DNA from: Octopus sinensis
Lineage: Eukaryota
Length of the DNA: 43,666 nt
Direction: 5' to 3'
NCBI RefSeq assembly: GCF_006345805.1
Contig: NW_021834991.1
Span: forward strand, 1 to 43,666
Each line of letters begins with the position of its first letter. The stretch's first letter is position 1. The translations under genes and the position numbers were made by a program. Shown here piece after piece: positions 11,796 through 24,939 of this stretch. The notes below the pieces were generated by a model, which saw nothing but the letters and a program-made list of their open reading frames with translations, did no database searches and was not told the origin of the DNA.

Positions 11796-12038
11796 AGTAA
11801 AGTTAAAATAATGGAACGGCATTGAAAAGTAGACATTTTGGTTAAAGTGGGGAGAAAAAAGTGAAAGAGGAGGAAAAGGAAGAAATGATGTATATCGATA
11901 ATGAATGACAGAATTTAGAAAGAAAATTTAAAGGAAGATATTGTTTAAATATTCACGAATTTGAAGAAGAAGAAGAAAAACGAGGTTGGATGGAAAGAAA
12001 TTTAAGAATGAATGCGGGGGGATTTTTTTTAATAACGT

Positions 12039-12455
12039 ATACTCTTTACTCTTTTACTCTTTTACTTGTTTCAGTCATTTGACTGCGGCCATGCTGGAGC
12101 ACCGCCTTAAATCGAGCAACTCGACCCCGGGACTTATTCTTTTGTAAGCCCAGTACTTATTCTATCGGTCTCTTTTGCCGAACCGCTAAGAAATGGGGAC
12201 ATAAACACACCAGCATCGGTTGTCAAGCAATGCTAGGAGGACAAACACAGACACACAAACACACACACACACATATATATATACATATATACGACAGGCT
12301 TCTTTCAGTTTCCGTCTACCAAATCCACTCACAAGGCTTTGGTCGGCCCGAGGCTATAGCAGAAGACACTTGCCCAAGGTGCCACGCAGTGGGACTGAAC
12401 CCGGAACCATGTGGTTGGTAAGCAAGCTACTTACCACACAGCCACTCCTGCGCCT
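12039..12455 (-). mobile_element. Composite SINE A+C
   Basis: Homologous to 4719-5117 and 6465-6887. Confidence 0.9.
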
Positions 12456-13226
12456 ATATTTAGAAAGAAAAACGAATTAATGGAAAGTAAAATGCAGGTG
12501 AGCATTGTAGGTGTAAAATAACTCTGTGAATTTACCCAGTTCGATTTTATTGATTTTCTACAGCCCCCAAACCGATTCTTTTCGCTGCTTTTTGCCTTTG
12601 TCAACTCCATTGTACAAGGTCAGTGAATATGGCAACAAAATTATCAAGCACACAAGAAAGTTTCTTTAGGGGATTTGGGGGGGGCAGGGGTTCAATGTTT
12701 GTGTTTTGTGGTGAAGGGGGCTGTTCTATCTGGTTCAACAAAGAGGCAAATTATTTGATATTCTCATGGAGTCATACGATGACGTAGAACTATTTAAAAC
12801 GCTCGGAATTTAAATTTTAGGTGTTCTACCTTGAATGGCGGGTTTTATAGAGACGATGGTCACTTAATCGTACGCAATATGTCTGACCACCATTAGAATA
12901 AATTAAGAAAAGGCATTATTAAAATCACTACGCAGTGTAGGTTTAAAAATTACTTTTCGTTGGAATCCAGCCTTAGTATAGCGAAATGTCTAGGTATTAT
13001 TTTAAACTTGGACACAAATAAATTCCCCACTTAACGAAACGTCAACGAGATGTTATTCTTTATTATATATCTACAAAAATCCCAATCATTCGGTTATTAT
13101 CCCCCGATATGAAACAGTCTAATATATTAATAATATCGATAATGATAATGATTTATAAGATGTAATCGGATTAATTATACAATTATATTTCAGAATTTTC
13201 ATCGATTCTTTAAATTTCATTTGTCG

Positions 13227-13276
<50 letters not shown>

Positions 13277-13289
13277 TATTATTATTATT

Positions 13290-13320
<31 letters not shown>

Positions 13321-13357
13321 TATTATTATTATCATTATTATTATTATATTATTATTA

Positions 13358-13388
<31 letters not shown>

Positions 13389-13729
13389 GTGAAGGCGCAT
13401 GGCTCAGTGGTTAGAGCGTCGAGCTTACGATCGTGAGGTTGTGAGCTCGAATCCCGGACCGGGCTGCGTGTTGTGTTCTCGAGCAAGACACTTTATTTCA
13501 CGTTGCTCCAGTTCAGTCAGCTGTAGAAATGAGTTGCGACGTCACTGGTGCCAAGTTGTATCGACCTTTGTCTTTCCCTTGGATAACACTGGTGGCGTGG
13601 AGAGGGGAGGCTGGTATGCATGGGCGACTGCTGGCCTTCCATAAACAACCTTGCCCGGACTTGTGTCTAGGAGGGTAACTTTCTAGGTGCAATCCCATGG
13701 TCATTCATGACCGAAGGGGGTCTTTACCC

Positions 13730-13730
<1 letters not shown>
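13389..13730 (+). mobile_element. tRNA-derived SINE (GTGAAGGCGCATGGCTCAGTGG head; central GAGCAAGACACTTTATTTCAC…CCAGTTCAGTCAGCTG) between TTA arrays
   Basis: A-box, B-box GAGCTCGAATCCC; head shared with 2793-3108. Confidence 0.8.
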
Positions 13731-13790
<60 letters not shown>

Positions 13791-14905
13791 CTTTTTTTTT
13801 CTTCTTTCAAATTTTCTTCCATTCTTGCCGAGTGTCTTCCCGACTCCTAGGGCAAAGAACTCATAGCATACATTGGTAGGCCATTAAACCAAACTCAGTA
13901 GTTCGTTCATTTTTTTTTTTCTTTTAAAGTTAAATAAAATACATGAGCAGCAACAGTTCTCACATCGAAAATGCTCTTCTCAATACGTGTGATGTACCTT
14001 AGACAATCTTTTGCACTTCTTGCAGGGATGGTAGGCCATTAAACCAAACTCAGTAGTTCGTTCATTTTTTTTTTTTTTTTTTTTTAAAGTTATTAAAATC
14101 ATGAGCAGCACCTTCTCACATCGACAATGCTCTTCTCAATACGTGTGATGTACCAGTTAAGACAATCTTTTGCACTTCTTGCAGGGATGGTAAGCCAGGG
14201 ATCATTCTCATATAATTTTCGGTTCCCTTCTTGATCATTCCTAGTGCTCCTACGATCACTGGTATTGTAACCGCCTTGAGATGCCACATTTTCTCAATTT
14301 CAATGAGTAGGTCTTTATATTTTCTGAGCTTGTCAAACTCTTTCGCTGAGATATTATGATCACAGGGGATGCTCATGTCGATCAATAAGCAAACTTTATT
14401 GTTTTGGTCTTTCACAACAATATCTGGTTTATTGGCCTTGATGGTTCGGTCTGTATTTACTGGAAAGTCCCACAGAATGGTTACATTTTCTCTCCTTCAG
14501 TTACAGCCTCAGGGTGGTGATTATACCACTTGTCGGCAGTTTTGATATTGTAATGCCGACTTATTAGCCAGTGGAGATATTGGCCAACTCTGTCAGTCTT
14601 AATTTATACTCCACTGGTGCTAAGACTTTACATCCAGAGATTAGGGGTCCACTGTTTCAATCATGTCGTTGCAGAATCGGCATTTTGGGTCTGCTCCATT
14701 TTTCATCACATTGGCCTGGTAGTTCCGGGTTAATAGGCTTTGGTCTTGAGCAGCCAGGATGAACCTTCGCTCTCTGCTTTTAGCCCTGAGCTCCGCAGCC
14801 ACTGATGGGTTTGCTTCTGGTCAACATCAGCTTGTTTGCTGCGGGTCACATATTTGCCGTGCAGAGGTTCTCCTCCCACCTATCAGCCAATTGCTCGTGC
14901 GCTTT
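13791..14905 (-). mobile_element. 5'-truncated R4/Dong-clade non-LTR retrotransposon (zinc knuckle, restriction-like endonuclease, 3'UTR), frameshifted
   Basis: Manual translation gives W..KPLHGKY, LKAESEGFILAAQDQSL, DPKCRFCND, ILWDFPVNTDRTIKANKPDIVV, LIDMSIP, KYKDL, IPVIVGALG; (TAA)n on both sides. Confidence 0.88.
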
Positions 14906-14966
14906 TTATTATTATTATTATTATATTATTATTATTATTATTATTTTTATTATATTATCATCATCA

Positions 14967-15020
<54 letters not shown>

Positions 15021-15040
15021 TATTATTTTATATTATTATT

Positions 15041-15240
15041 AAGGCGGCGAACTGGCAGAATCGTTACATCACGGGGCGAAATGCTTTGCAGTATTCACCC
15101 GTCGCTATGCTCTGAGTTCTAATTTCACCAAGGCTGACTTTGCCTTTCATCCTTTCGCGGATCGATTAAAGAAAGTGACAGTGATACACTGTGATCGATG
15201 TAATCGACTTATCCCCACCCCTTGTGGCAAAATTGAAACC
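15041..15240 (+). mobile_element. Diverged family B SINE
   Basis: GGCGGCGAACTGGCAGAATCGTTA head and GACTTTGCCTTTCATCCTTTCG. Confidence 0.75.
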
Positions 15241-15262
15241 ATTATTTTTTAAAATTATTATA

Positions 15263-15299
<37 letters not shown>

Positions 15300-15369
15300 T
15301 TTTATTATTATTATTATTATATTATTATTTATTATTATTATTATATTATTATTATTATATCATCATTAT

Positions 15370-15667
15370 TCAGTAGTTTTATTTTTATAGCGTGCTTTCA
15401 CTTCACTACCGAGCGCAGCTCTGTGTGCCTTGGGTATGTGCTGTGATTTGTTGTGATGCTCTGATGGTTATTGTATGGAAAGTGTTCTGCGTAGGATGTG
15501 TGCAGTGCCTAGTAGTGCAATTTTCTGTATGTTATATGTGTTTGTAAGTCCTGGTGTTTTTGTTATGTATTTGTCTGAATATTTTTTTATCATGCCTAAT
15601 GCACCTACTATGATAGGAATTGTTTCTGTTTTCAGGTTCCACATTCTAGTTACCTCTATTTCCAGTA
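15370..15667 (-). mobile_element. Second R4/Dong-clade 3' fragment (different subfamily)
   Basis: LEIEVTRMWNLKTETIPIIVGALGMIKK…QKIALLGTAHILRRTLS aligns with the 14116..14415 ORF; different 3'UTR; (TAA)n both sides. Confidence 0.85.
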
Positions 15668-15717
<50 letters not shown>

Positions 15718-15765
15718 TTTATTTTTTTATTATTATTATTATTATTATCATTATTTTTATTATTA

Positions 15766-15806
<41 letters not shown>

Positions 15807-15807
15807 G

Positions 15808-15995
15808 AAGGCGGCAAGCAGGAAGATTCGTTAGCTCACCGTCGCTACGTTCTAGGTTCAAATTCCGCCGAGGTCGACTTTGCTTTTCATCCTTTCGGGG
15901 TCAATAAATTTAGTACCACTCAAGTAGTGAGGTCGATATAATCGATTATCCCCCTTCCCACAAATTCCAGGCCTTGTGCCTATAGTAGAAAGGAC
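15808..15995 (+). mobile_element. Family B SINE variant
   Basis: GTTCAAATTCCGCCGAGGTCGACTTTGC central domain. Confidence 0.75.
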
Positions 15996-16051
15996 TATTA
16001 TCATTATTATTATTATTATAATTATTATTATTATTATTATTATCATTATTA

Positions 16052-16119
<68 letters not shown>

Positions 16120-16444
16120 TGACGCCGACGACGATGACGATGCTGCTGCCCTCCCCTTATGACAGGGGTGGATGCAGTTGTCAATAACAACCAACGCCCT
16201 CAACTGCCATAACCTCGGCCCTATCTCTGCAATGATCTCATTGATTGTAGATAAGTCACTTACTGTGAAACATGCACCATCATCATCGCCTCGCTGTCTC
16301 TGTCTGTGTGTCTCTCTCTCACTGCACCAATTTCTCCATTTGTTTGCATATGTAGGTTATGGTTTGTGTGTGCACGCGAGCCTGTGTGCATGTGTGCATA
16401 TATATAAAAATATCTATACACATGCATGTTCTTGTATATAAGCG

Positions 16445-16476
<32 letters not shown>

Positions 16477-16501
16477 GTATATATAGATAGATAGATAGAT
16501 A

Positions 16502-19500
16502 TGTTTCTTTATTAGCCACACAGGGCTGCACACAGATAGAACAAATTGCAAGGTAGAGCTTTTCTTTTGAGGGTAAAAAAAAAAGAGAGTGGTGGTTTTC
16601 GATCAAAAGGGATCGTAAAAGGAAAGAAAAAGGACAAAAAAAGGGAGGGTTCAAAAAAGGGGGGGGGAGAGAAAAAAATAAATAATAGGGATCGTTATCA
16701 CAGAAATGTCAATATGAAGTGTAAAGGGGAGGACAGGTGAGGTTTACCCGTGGAAAGAAAAGCCTACGGAAAAGACCACGGTAACCTCGGTCAATGAAGT
16801 CACATGTTATATTTTTTTTTTTTTTTTTTTGCAAATAAGCAACTCTCTGTATTAATTTTTATGGTTCATAGAATCATAGTCAAGGTGGCTTCGTCATTCA
16901 TACGTGCCATCCTTGCTACATTCACCCATCCTTTTTTAAAACATTCACAAGACAAAACTTGCCTCTCTACTCTCACTTTCCTCTTCAAGTGATACTTGAA
17001 GAAGTTGATGAGAGATTGACCAGAGAGGAAAGTGTTTGTCTCTAATCCTTTCAGGCGCGTCCACCAGATACATTCTTTCGCCATAGCCACAAGTATGATA
17101 AAAATAGCTCTTCCTTCCCGTTTGAAGGAAGGAGGCGTGACGATATTAACGATAGACTCGGCTGATAAACCGACACGTCCCACACGTGACAGCAGTCGTT
17201 CGACATAAGCCCACAGGTGGGAAATTGCTGGACACTGCACGATTGCGTGCAGAGCGGTTTCGTCGCTCTGCCCGCATCTCGGGCAGGTCGGCCCCGTGTT
17301 TCTCGAGCCATGCCTATAGAGCTTATCCCGAACGGGTAGCGCTTCTCGGTAGCACCGCCAGGCCAGGGATCTCTGGAAGTTGTCCATAGGTCCCGGGCCG
17401 AAAGTCGTTTGAAACAGGCGGGTCAGGTATTCCTCGTCGACGCCCAGGTTTGCCCCGAGCTCGTCGTCGTACCTCCCCTCCACTAATCCCCTATAGAATG
17501 CTTTGGTTGTGTTGAAGTCACTCAAGGTCGACCCAGGACGGCAGAGTTGCTTGAGAGCAACGCGACACTCGCGGTGCCATTCGCCCTTCCTCGGCCTCTT
17601 TTTGATCCACGACTGCAGTTCGGTCATGGAGACGAGTTGCGGGAATGCGTGCCTCACAAATGGCGACCACACCTGTTTACCGTCGTCTACATAGAGCCGG
17701 AGATGTCGCAGTCTCAGCGCGTGTCTGCGCATCATCAACCACGGCATGCCCAGCCCTCCTTTTAACGGGTGTTGACAGCAAATGGATCGCCTGACCATCG
17801 GGACGCATCCTTTCCACAAGAAGCGGAAGAGAATGCGTTCTAGTTTGGTGATGGTAGGGTCGGGACAAGGTACGACGGTCAGGCGGTAGTAGATGATGGA
17901 CGCGATGTACGCGTTCACCACCTCCGCCCGACCTTTTAGGGATAGTTTCCTCTCGGCCCATCGCTGGGCGAGAGTGACCACCCTACTCGTTATCTCGTTC
18001 CAGTTCTTCTCCATTTGGAGGTCCGGACCGAACCAGACCCCGAGCAACTCAAACGGGCCGTCTGTCCAGCGTCCCACGACGGAGGTACTGGTGGACGGCA
18101 TGGGCTTGCTTCTCCAGGTGCCGAGCCGCAAGCCCACTGACTTTTCCCGGTTGATTTTTGCTCCTGTCACCGCTTCGTAGTCTTTCAGTGTCTCGCCGAC
18201 CCGCTCGATGTGCTCGTGGCTTGACACTATGACGGTGACGTCGTCCGCGTATGCAGACACGCTCGTCCCGCATCCCAATTCTCGCGGGATGCCCCTTAGA
18301 GTCGCCAGCTTCCGCAGTAGTGGCTCAAGAGTCAATACGTATAGAAGCGCCGAAAGGGGGCATCCCTGACGGACCGAACGTGCAATGTCGAAAGGTCTCG
18401 ATAGATGTCCATTTACGCGAATTACCGAATGGATGCCTCTGTACAAGGCAGCTATCCAGCCGCGGAAGACGGGACCGAAACCAGCCGCTCTCAGGACTGC
18501 CTCCAAGTATCGATGGTCCACCCTATCAAAGGCTTTCGATTGATCCAAGTTGATCAGGGCCCCACCCATGCCAGGTTCGTTTACTACCCTGTCTATGATG
18601 TAGCGCATCAGATGGAGGTTGTCATGGATGCTCCGGCCCGGCACGGCGCACGTTTGTGCGTTGTCGACCAGTTTCTCGATGACAAGCGCCAACCTCTTGG
18701 CTAACACCTTTGTCAAAATTTTCAGGTCTGCATTGAGCAGCGTGATTGGTCTAAAGTTATCTATAATGTTTCCCTTGTTTGGATCTTTCTTCAGCAGAGT
18801 TACAGCTCCTCGACTCACAAAACCGGGTATGCTCCCGTTTTGCTGCCAGTTGCAGTATACCGCTGCCAAGACGTCTCAAACAAGTCTGGCATACAATTGT
18901 AAAACTCGTAGGGTAGACCATCCAAACCCGGTGATTTGTCCCTCGAGCATTCTGCTATCGCTTCCTGCACTTCCGCCGCCGTGATGGCACCTTCGCAGCA
19001 CCCTGCCTTTCTTGTCGAGAGTCGTGGCAGGCTATGTAGGTAGGCACTGAAGTCCACCCTACGTTCTTGCCCTCCACTCGTCCCGAACAGTCGGGCAAAA
19101 TGCTGCTGAAAGGCCTCACACATTTTACTTGGCTCGAGCAATTCGCGCCCCTGTTCATCTACCAGTGACCGAATGGTGGCTTTGTTGCCCTGTTGCGCCT
19201 CTGCCACCCGGGCCTCTCTCGCGGCTCCAACACCTTCGTTCCTTAGAGCACGCATCCTAGCTCTGACAGCACATCCTTCGTGTTTGGCGTTGAAGTGTTG
19301 GTCGAGGGCCAACCTCGCCGCCAAAACGTCGGATGCGATGCCGCTTCTAATTGCCTCTTCTAGCTTCTTAACTAGCTCACCCTCTACTCTATTTCTATCT
19401 ATGGCTAGTGCTTTGCTGTACCTAATCGCTTCTGCTTTTACTGCTCTCTTGAGGGCAAACCACCATTTGTTGTTGATGATGGCTCCCGTCAAAGCCCTCT

Positions 19501-19533
19501 TTACTAGTGTGCTAATCCGGTCTCTGAAAACTT
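16502..19533 (-). mobile_element. 5'-truncated L1/Tx1-clade LINE, (TATC)n at both junctions
   Basis: EN-RT linker, RT and zf-RVT; ~365-bp 3'UTR ending AATAAAGAAACA then TATCTATC; 5' junction at 19533/19534 against (TATC)n. Confidence 0.9.
16866..18869 (-). CDS. ORF2 reverse transcriptase plus zf-RVT of the Tx1-like LINE (667 aa open; joined to linker 18876-19533 by one frameshift; endonuclease absent)
   Basis: FRPITLLNADLKIL, LDQSKAFDRVDH, VRQGCPLS, AYADD, KINREKS, LGVWF, CPRCGQSDETALHAIVQC. Confidence 0.9.
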   Translation of the reverse strand: MAAVYCNWQQNGSIPGFVSRGAVTLLKKDPNKGNIIDNFRPITLLNADLKILTKVLAKRLALVIEKLVDNAQTCAVPGRSIHDNLHLMRYIIDRVVNEPGMGGALINLDQSKAFDRVDHRYLEAVLRAAGFGPVFRGWIAALYRGIHSVIRVNGHLSRPFDIARSVRQGCPLSALLYVLTLEPLLRKLATLRGIPRELGCGTSVSAYADDVTVIVSSHEHIERVGETLKDYEAVTGAKINREKSVGLRLGTWRSKPMPSTSTSVVGRWTDGPFELLGVWFGPDLQMEKNWNEITSRVVTLAQRWAERKLSLKGRAEVVNAYIASIIYYRLTVVPCPDPTITKLERILFRFLWKGCVPMVRRSICCQHPLKGGLGMPWLMMRRHALRLRHLRLYVDDGKQVWSPFVRHAFPQLVSMTELQSWIKKRPRKGEWHRECRVALKQLCRPGSTLSDFNTTKAFYRGLVEGRYDDELGANLGVDEEYLTRLFQTTFGPGPMDNFQRSLAWRCYREALPVRDKLYRHGSRNTGPTCPRCGQSDETALHAIVQCPAISHLWAYVERLLSRVGRVGLSAESIVNIVTPPSFKREGRAIFIILVAMAKECIWWTRLKGLETNTFLSGQSLINFFKYHLKRKVRVERQVLSCECFKKGWVNVARMARMNDEATLTMIL

Positions 19534-19653
<120 letters not shown>

Positions 19654-19684
19654 TACACGCACACACATATATAGTGGATCGTGG

Positions 19685-20084
19685 AGGCACATTGGCCCAG
19701 TGGTTAGGGCAGCGGACTCGCGGTCGTAGAATCGCGGTTTCGATTCCCAGACCGGGCGTTGTGGGTGTTTATTGAGAGAAAATCCCAATCATTCAGTTAT
19801 TATCCCCCTAAAGCTCAACGTGGCTCCGACAGAGGGATGGTAGCGAACCCTGCTGTACTCTTTCACCACAACTTTCTCTCACTCTTTCTTCCTCTTTCTG
19901 TTGTACCTGTATTTCAAAGGGGCCAGTCTTATCACACTCTGTGTCACGCTCAATCGCCCCGAGAACTACGTTAAGGGTACACGTGTCTGTGGAATACTCA
20001 ACCACCTGCATGTTAATTTCACGAGCAGGCTGTTCCGTTTATTGGATCAACCGGAACCCTCGTCGTCGTAAATGACGGATTGCC
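19685..20084 (+). mobile_element. Family D SINE
   Basis: Homologous to 5823-6202. Confidence 0.88.
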
Positions 20085-20149
20085 ACGCATAGTGGAACGT
20101 CCACAATATATGTATGCATATATATATGTATGTGTGTACATATATATAT

Positions 20150-20370
20150 TTCTTTACTACCAACAAGGGGCTAAACACAGAGGGGACAAACAAGGACAGA
20201 CAAACGGATTAAGTCGATTACATCGACCTCAGTGCGTAACTGGTACTTAATTAATCGACCCCGAAAGGATGAAAGCCAAAGTCGACCTCGGCGGAATTTG
20301 AACCCAGAACGTAACGGCAGACGAAATACCGCTAAGCATTTCGCCCGGCGTGCTAACGTTTCTGCCAGCT
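20150..20370 (-). mobile_element. Full-length family B SINE
   Basis: Reverse complement of 9053-9280. Confidence 0.9.
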
Positions 20371-20371
20371 A

Positions 20372-20474
20372 GGCGCAGGGGCGGCTGTGTGGTAGGAAGC
20401 ATGCTTATCCAACCACACAGGTTCAGCCTTGTGAGTAGATTCAGCAGGCAGAAACTGACAAGAAGCCCGTCGTA
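20372..20474 (+). mobile_element. Internally deleted SINE head A
   Basis: GGCGCAGGGGCGGCTGTGTGG…GAAACTGACAAGAAGCCCGTCG. Confidence 0.7.
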
Positions 20475-21009
20475 TGTATATATCTATGTGTGTGTGTGTG
20501 TATGTGTGAGAGTGTGTGTGTGTGTGAGTGAGTGTGTGTGTGTATGCATGTATGTATGTATTTGCGTGACCCGCCCAAGATACAATGAAATATATTTCAA
20601 TACACGAGTTTACATCAAGAGTCCTGTAAACCAAATGCAAAAGCGAAACAATCGTCTCTCATGCGTAATTATTTCAGTATGAACATCACCAACTGACATT
20701 TAATTCCTGGCAAAAGCTACTGATTTTTTAAAACAAATATTCAATTATCTAAATGTAAAATTCAATATTATCTTAAGTTGTGAATTTATAACTGTTTTTA
20801 TTATTAATGCTATGAAAATCATTTCCAGTATGTCATTCCATAACGGCAAAGTAATTCCGATTCGGTTTTAAAGAATATGTTATATATATTGGCTACATTT
20901 TGTTTCCTAATAAAATTGCGTTGTGGTTCTTAAATGTAACGTACGGCTACATAGAGCTAAGCATTTGAGTGTAACATTTATTTCTAAATCGGCATATATT
21001 TGCTTACTA

Positions 21010-21222
21010 AGGCGGCGAGCTGGCAGAAACGTTAGCACGCCGGGCGGAATGCTTAGCGGCATTTCGTCTGTCTTTACGTTCTGAGTTCAAATTCCACCGA
21101 AATCGACCTTGCATTTCATCCTTTTGGGGTCGATAAATTAAGTACCATTTGCGTACTGGGGTCGATCTAAGCGAGTGGCCCCCTCCCGAAAAAATTCGGT
21201 CCTTGTGCCTAGAGTAGAAAAA
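21010..21222 (+). mobile_element. Family B SINE, tail variant
   Basis: Matches 11378-11593. Confidence 0.85.
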
Positions 21223-21349
21223 CATTTTTGCTGAATTGTGAAATTTATCCAGTTAAATGTTTTGTCATGTTTTTATTATGTTTGTTGTTTTTTTTTATAT
21301 ATATTCGTAATTCTTTCGATAAAAGTATTTTAATAGATTCTTTAATCTT

Positions 21350-21715
21350 TTATTTGCTTTAGTCATTAGACTGCGGCCATGCTGGGGCACTGTTTTGAGG
21401 GGTTTTAGCCCAACAAATCGACTCCACTACTTATTTAAGTATGGCACTTACTCTATCCGTCTTTTTACCCGAATCATTTATTTACGGGAACATAAACACA
21501 CCAGTACCGGTTGTCATGTGGTATGCGGACAAACACAAAGCAAAGACGCACATGCATGGAGACATACACTTATATTATGATGGGCTTCTGCACAATCTCC
21601 GCCTACCAAATTCACACGGGACTGTGGAGAACAACATTTGCCCAAGGTGTCGCACAGTGGGGGTTGAACCCGAAACTACACGCTTGCAATATGAGCTTCT
21701 TAACCATACATTTCT
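21350..21715 (-). mobile_element. Old diverged composite SINE A+C
   Basis: CTGCGGCCATGCTGGGGCAC, CATAAACACACCAG and GCCCAAGGTGTCGCACAGTGGG motifs. Confidence 0.7.
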
Positions 21716-21748
21716 GCCCCCCCCCATACAAATATTTTGCTCATAAGA

Positions 21749-22004
21749 AATCTTTGGCTTTGTTTGAGATGACAAAGTATTTAAGGAATTTTGAAAAAGT
21801 CTTCAGCGTATTCTTCAAAGTCTGTTAAAAACTGTTAATATAAATGTTCATTCTTATTCTTCTATGTTGGAAAGCTCCGGTTTGAAGAATCATGGCTTTT
21901 ATAATCAAAGAATCCAAAATCTTACGAACTCCTGTGCCTTTACCAATAAGCTCTTTTATAAAATGTTTCCTCGGGGAAGAATACTTCTTTGTCGAAGACT
22001 ACGA
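21749..22004. repeat. ~255-bp dispersed repeat of unknown class; inverted homologue at 35752-36003
   Basis: Both copies translate to MLESSGLK.HGF.NQRIQNLTN.CAFTNKLFYKMF.RGRI. Confidence 0.85.
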
Positions 22005-22084
22005 CGGATCTTTATTTATTATGCAGTTGGCTTACTTAGTGCACACACACTCAGATACACGCTCACACATACACATATTCACAC

Positions 22085-22380
<296 letters not shown>

Positions 22381-23417
22381 ACGCATAAGCGTAACCATAC
22401 ATATATGTGTGCATGTCTGTATTTGACGAGAGTGTAGCTAAAGTCCACGTAAAACATTTCAATATTAGCGTAGAACATCTCAACTCATTGTAGACTGTAT
22501 ATAACATTGAAGAATCAAAAGAATGGTTTCACAGTGGATCTGAGATGTAGAGTCTTTAATCCAACAAAAATGGAAGTAAAGCTCGTTACCAAATATATTT
22601 TCGGATTCTATAGATACAAAAATAAGACAAACATTAAACACAACGAAAAGAAACTACAGGCTCTGATCGTTTAACAATATTGAAGATAAATTCAACAACA
22701 AATTCTCCCAAATCGTTTTTGTACAATAATGCCAATCCATTTCTACGGATTTTCTCCTGAAAGCTATAGAATTTTAGAAAAATGTGCACTACCATACCAG
22801 CATCGATATCATTATTACAATGAATGCAAGGATGGTGTTACTATTTTATAAGAATTCCCTCAAGGTTTCAAAAATACAGAAATGGCGAGTAACCACAAAG
22901 CAGTGATTTATTCGAATGATTTTGTATCGCTGTGAAAATTAGAAAATTACTCACTTTTGTTAATGGATGGCATGGAATATAATATAGAGGGGACGGGTTT
23001 GCAATATCTCATAACATGAATGGGCTTGACAGGGGAGAAAAGATTCTATGCTTCTTAAGAATTTGGTATAAAAACCACGACAGAACGAAATCTGAGTAAG
23101 GTAGATACATTATTAAATCTAAGCAGTTGTTAAGCTCTTTTCCTACTCTGCACTCAACGAAGAAACAACATACATAAATAGTGGGTCCAACCAGTGTTTA
23201 CGATCTTGCATCACCCGACAAGTGATCTACCATCGTTAAGCATATATCTAATGTGCCATCAAACCAAGGTATATTTAACAAAGTTACTCTACAAGACATT
23301 CGAACTCTGACTAAAAGTGGTTCCAATGCCAAAGGGAAATACAGTGAGTGGCCTACACAAAACAACACAAAACGTAAATGTAAAAAAAATAATAAATAAA
23401 TAAATAAGTAAATAAAT

Positions 23418-23548
23418 AGGTGCAGGAGTGGCTGTGTGGTAAGTAGCTTGCTTGCCAGCCACTGGTTCCGGGTTCAGTCCCACTGCATGGCACCTTGGGC
23501 AAGTGTCTTCTACTATAGCCTCGGCTATACTGAAAGAAGCCCGTCGTA

Positions 23549-23614
<66 letters not shown>

Positions 23615-23802
23615 GTATGTAGTGTGTGTTTGTCGCCACCTCCAACATCACTTGACAACTGATGCTGGTGTGTTTACGTCCCCGTAACTTAGCGGTTCGG
23701 CAAAAAGAGATCGATAAGTCCTGGGGTCGATTTTCTCGACTAAAGGCGGTGCTCCAGCATGGCCACGGTCAAATGTCTGAAACAAGTAAAAGAGTAAAAG
23801 AG
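23418..23802 (+). mobile_element. Composite SINE A+C with small internal deletions
   Basis: Homologous to 4719-5117. Confidence 0.88.
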
Positions 23803-24843
23803 TTACTGGTTTAACCCTTCTCGGAGTTTCAGTGTATCTTGAAATAATACTATTGTTCCACACAGATTTTGCAAAACCTTCAACAAAATTTCTGTTCAAG
23901 CTAGTTTCAATTGCATGAGTAAGATAAGATGACAAACTTTTGATGCAATTAAAAAATAAATAAATAAAATTATAAATAAATAAATAAATAAAATAAAACC
24001 TAATCTGAATGCAATTGTCAAGTCTTGACCAAGTGATCTTTGGACTGCAAATAGTTGTCAAAAGAAATAGTATAAAAACGGATGTAGGTTTAGTAGACTT
24101 CACAGTACAAACATCATCGGTTTGACCCAGAATACCTTTAAACCTAGATAGACATAGCATACCTATTCTTTCAGGTTCAAATGTATGTGTAATGCTTATT
24201 ATTTCGAAACACATTTGTTTGTTAAAAGAGAGATACCGCGTAGATAAAGTTAAAGCCACTGATCGTCTGATTTAATTGAAAAATTTAAGATTTCTGGCAT
24301 CTGAAACAGGAAGGAAGAAATTTCTCGTATTGCCTCTATATAAAGAAATATAAAAATAAGCTCTCCAGAGATATCGTGACAACCACATCGAAAACTGAGT
24401 TAAAATATACGTTATACATCAATTTTCACCATCGAATCAAATGCAGTTATTGCCCTTCTCTTTGTCAGTTCTGAATTTCCATCCCTTAAGTGTCTCACGA
24501 GATTGCTGCTAACTAATGGAACCAGTAAAAGCCTGGTTGTATCTTGAATTAAGGAATGCTTTCCTTTGTTTCGTTATAGTCTAGCATGGCCGCTTTTTGG
24601 AGTGAGCATTCATGAAACCTAAACGACAGCGAAGGGCATCAACCGACTGAATATAAAAAATACTCTTTATTATTGACTCTATACTCTTTTTAGGTTATGC
24701 ATCGAGTTCTTTCACTCTCGTCGTTATCAATACCGTAGGTGTGTATGTCAGTGTGTTTATGTATGGGTCTATGAACATGTGTGTTCTATGCATTCATACA
24801 TACATACATTCATACATATATATGTTTGTGTGCGGTTGAATGC

Positions 24844-24877
<34 letters not shown>

Positions 24878-24908
24878 CTCAATATACATTTGTATATATA
24901 TATACATG

Positions 24909-24939
<31 letters not shown>

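Larger units (their letters stand above)
13225..16140. repeat. Cluster of six (TTA)n/(TAA)n arrays (about 13225-13388, 13732-13790, 14906-15040, 15250-15368, 15668-15806, 15998-16140) separated by retroelement inserts
   Basis: Direct reading. Confidence 0.95.

Noticed and set aside
17051-18984. Short alternative-frame and antisense ORFs over the Tx1 RT; likewise 32209-33874 over the PLE
   Set aside because: Shadow ORFs of GC-rich retroelement coding sequence.
23648-24259. 203-aa ORF
   Set aside because: It runs through a (TTTA)n tract and a SINE, with no recognisable motif.
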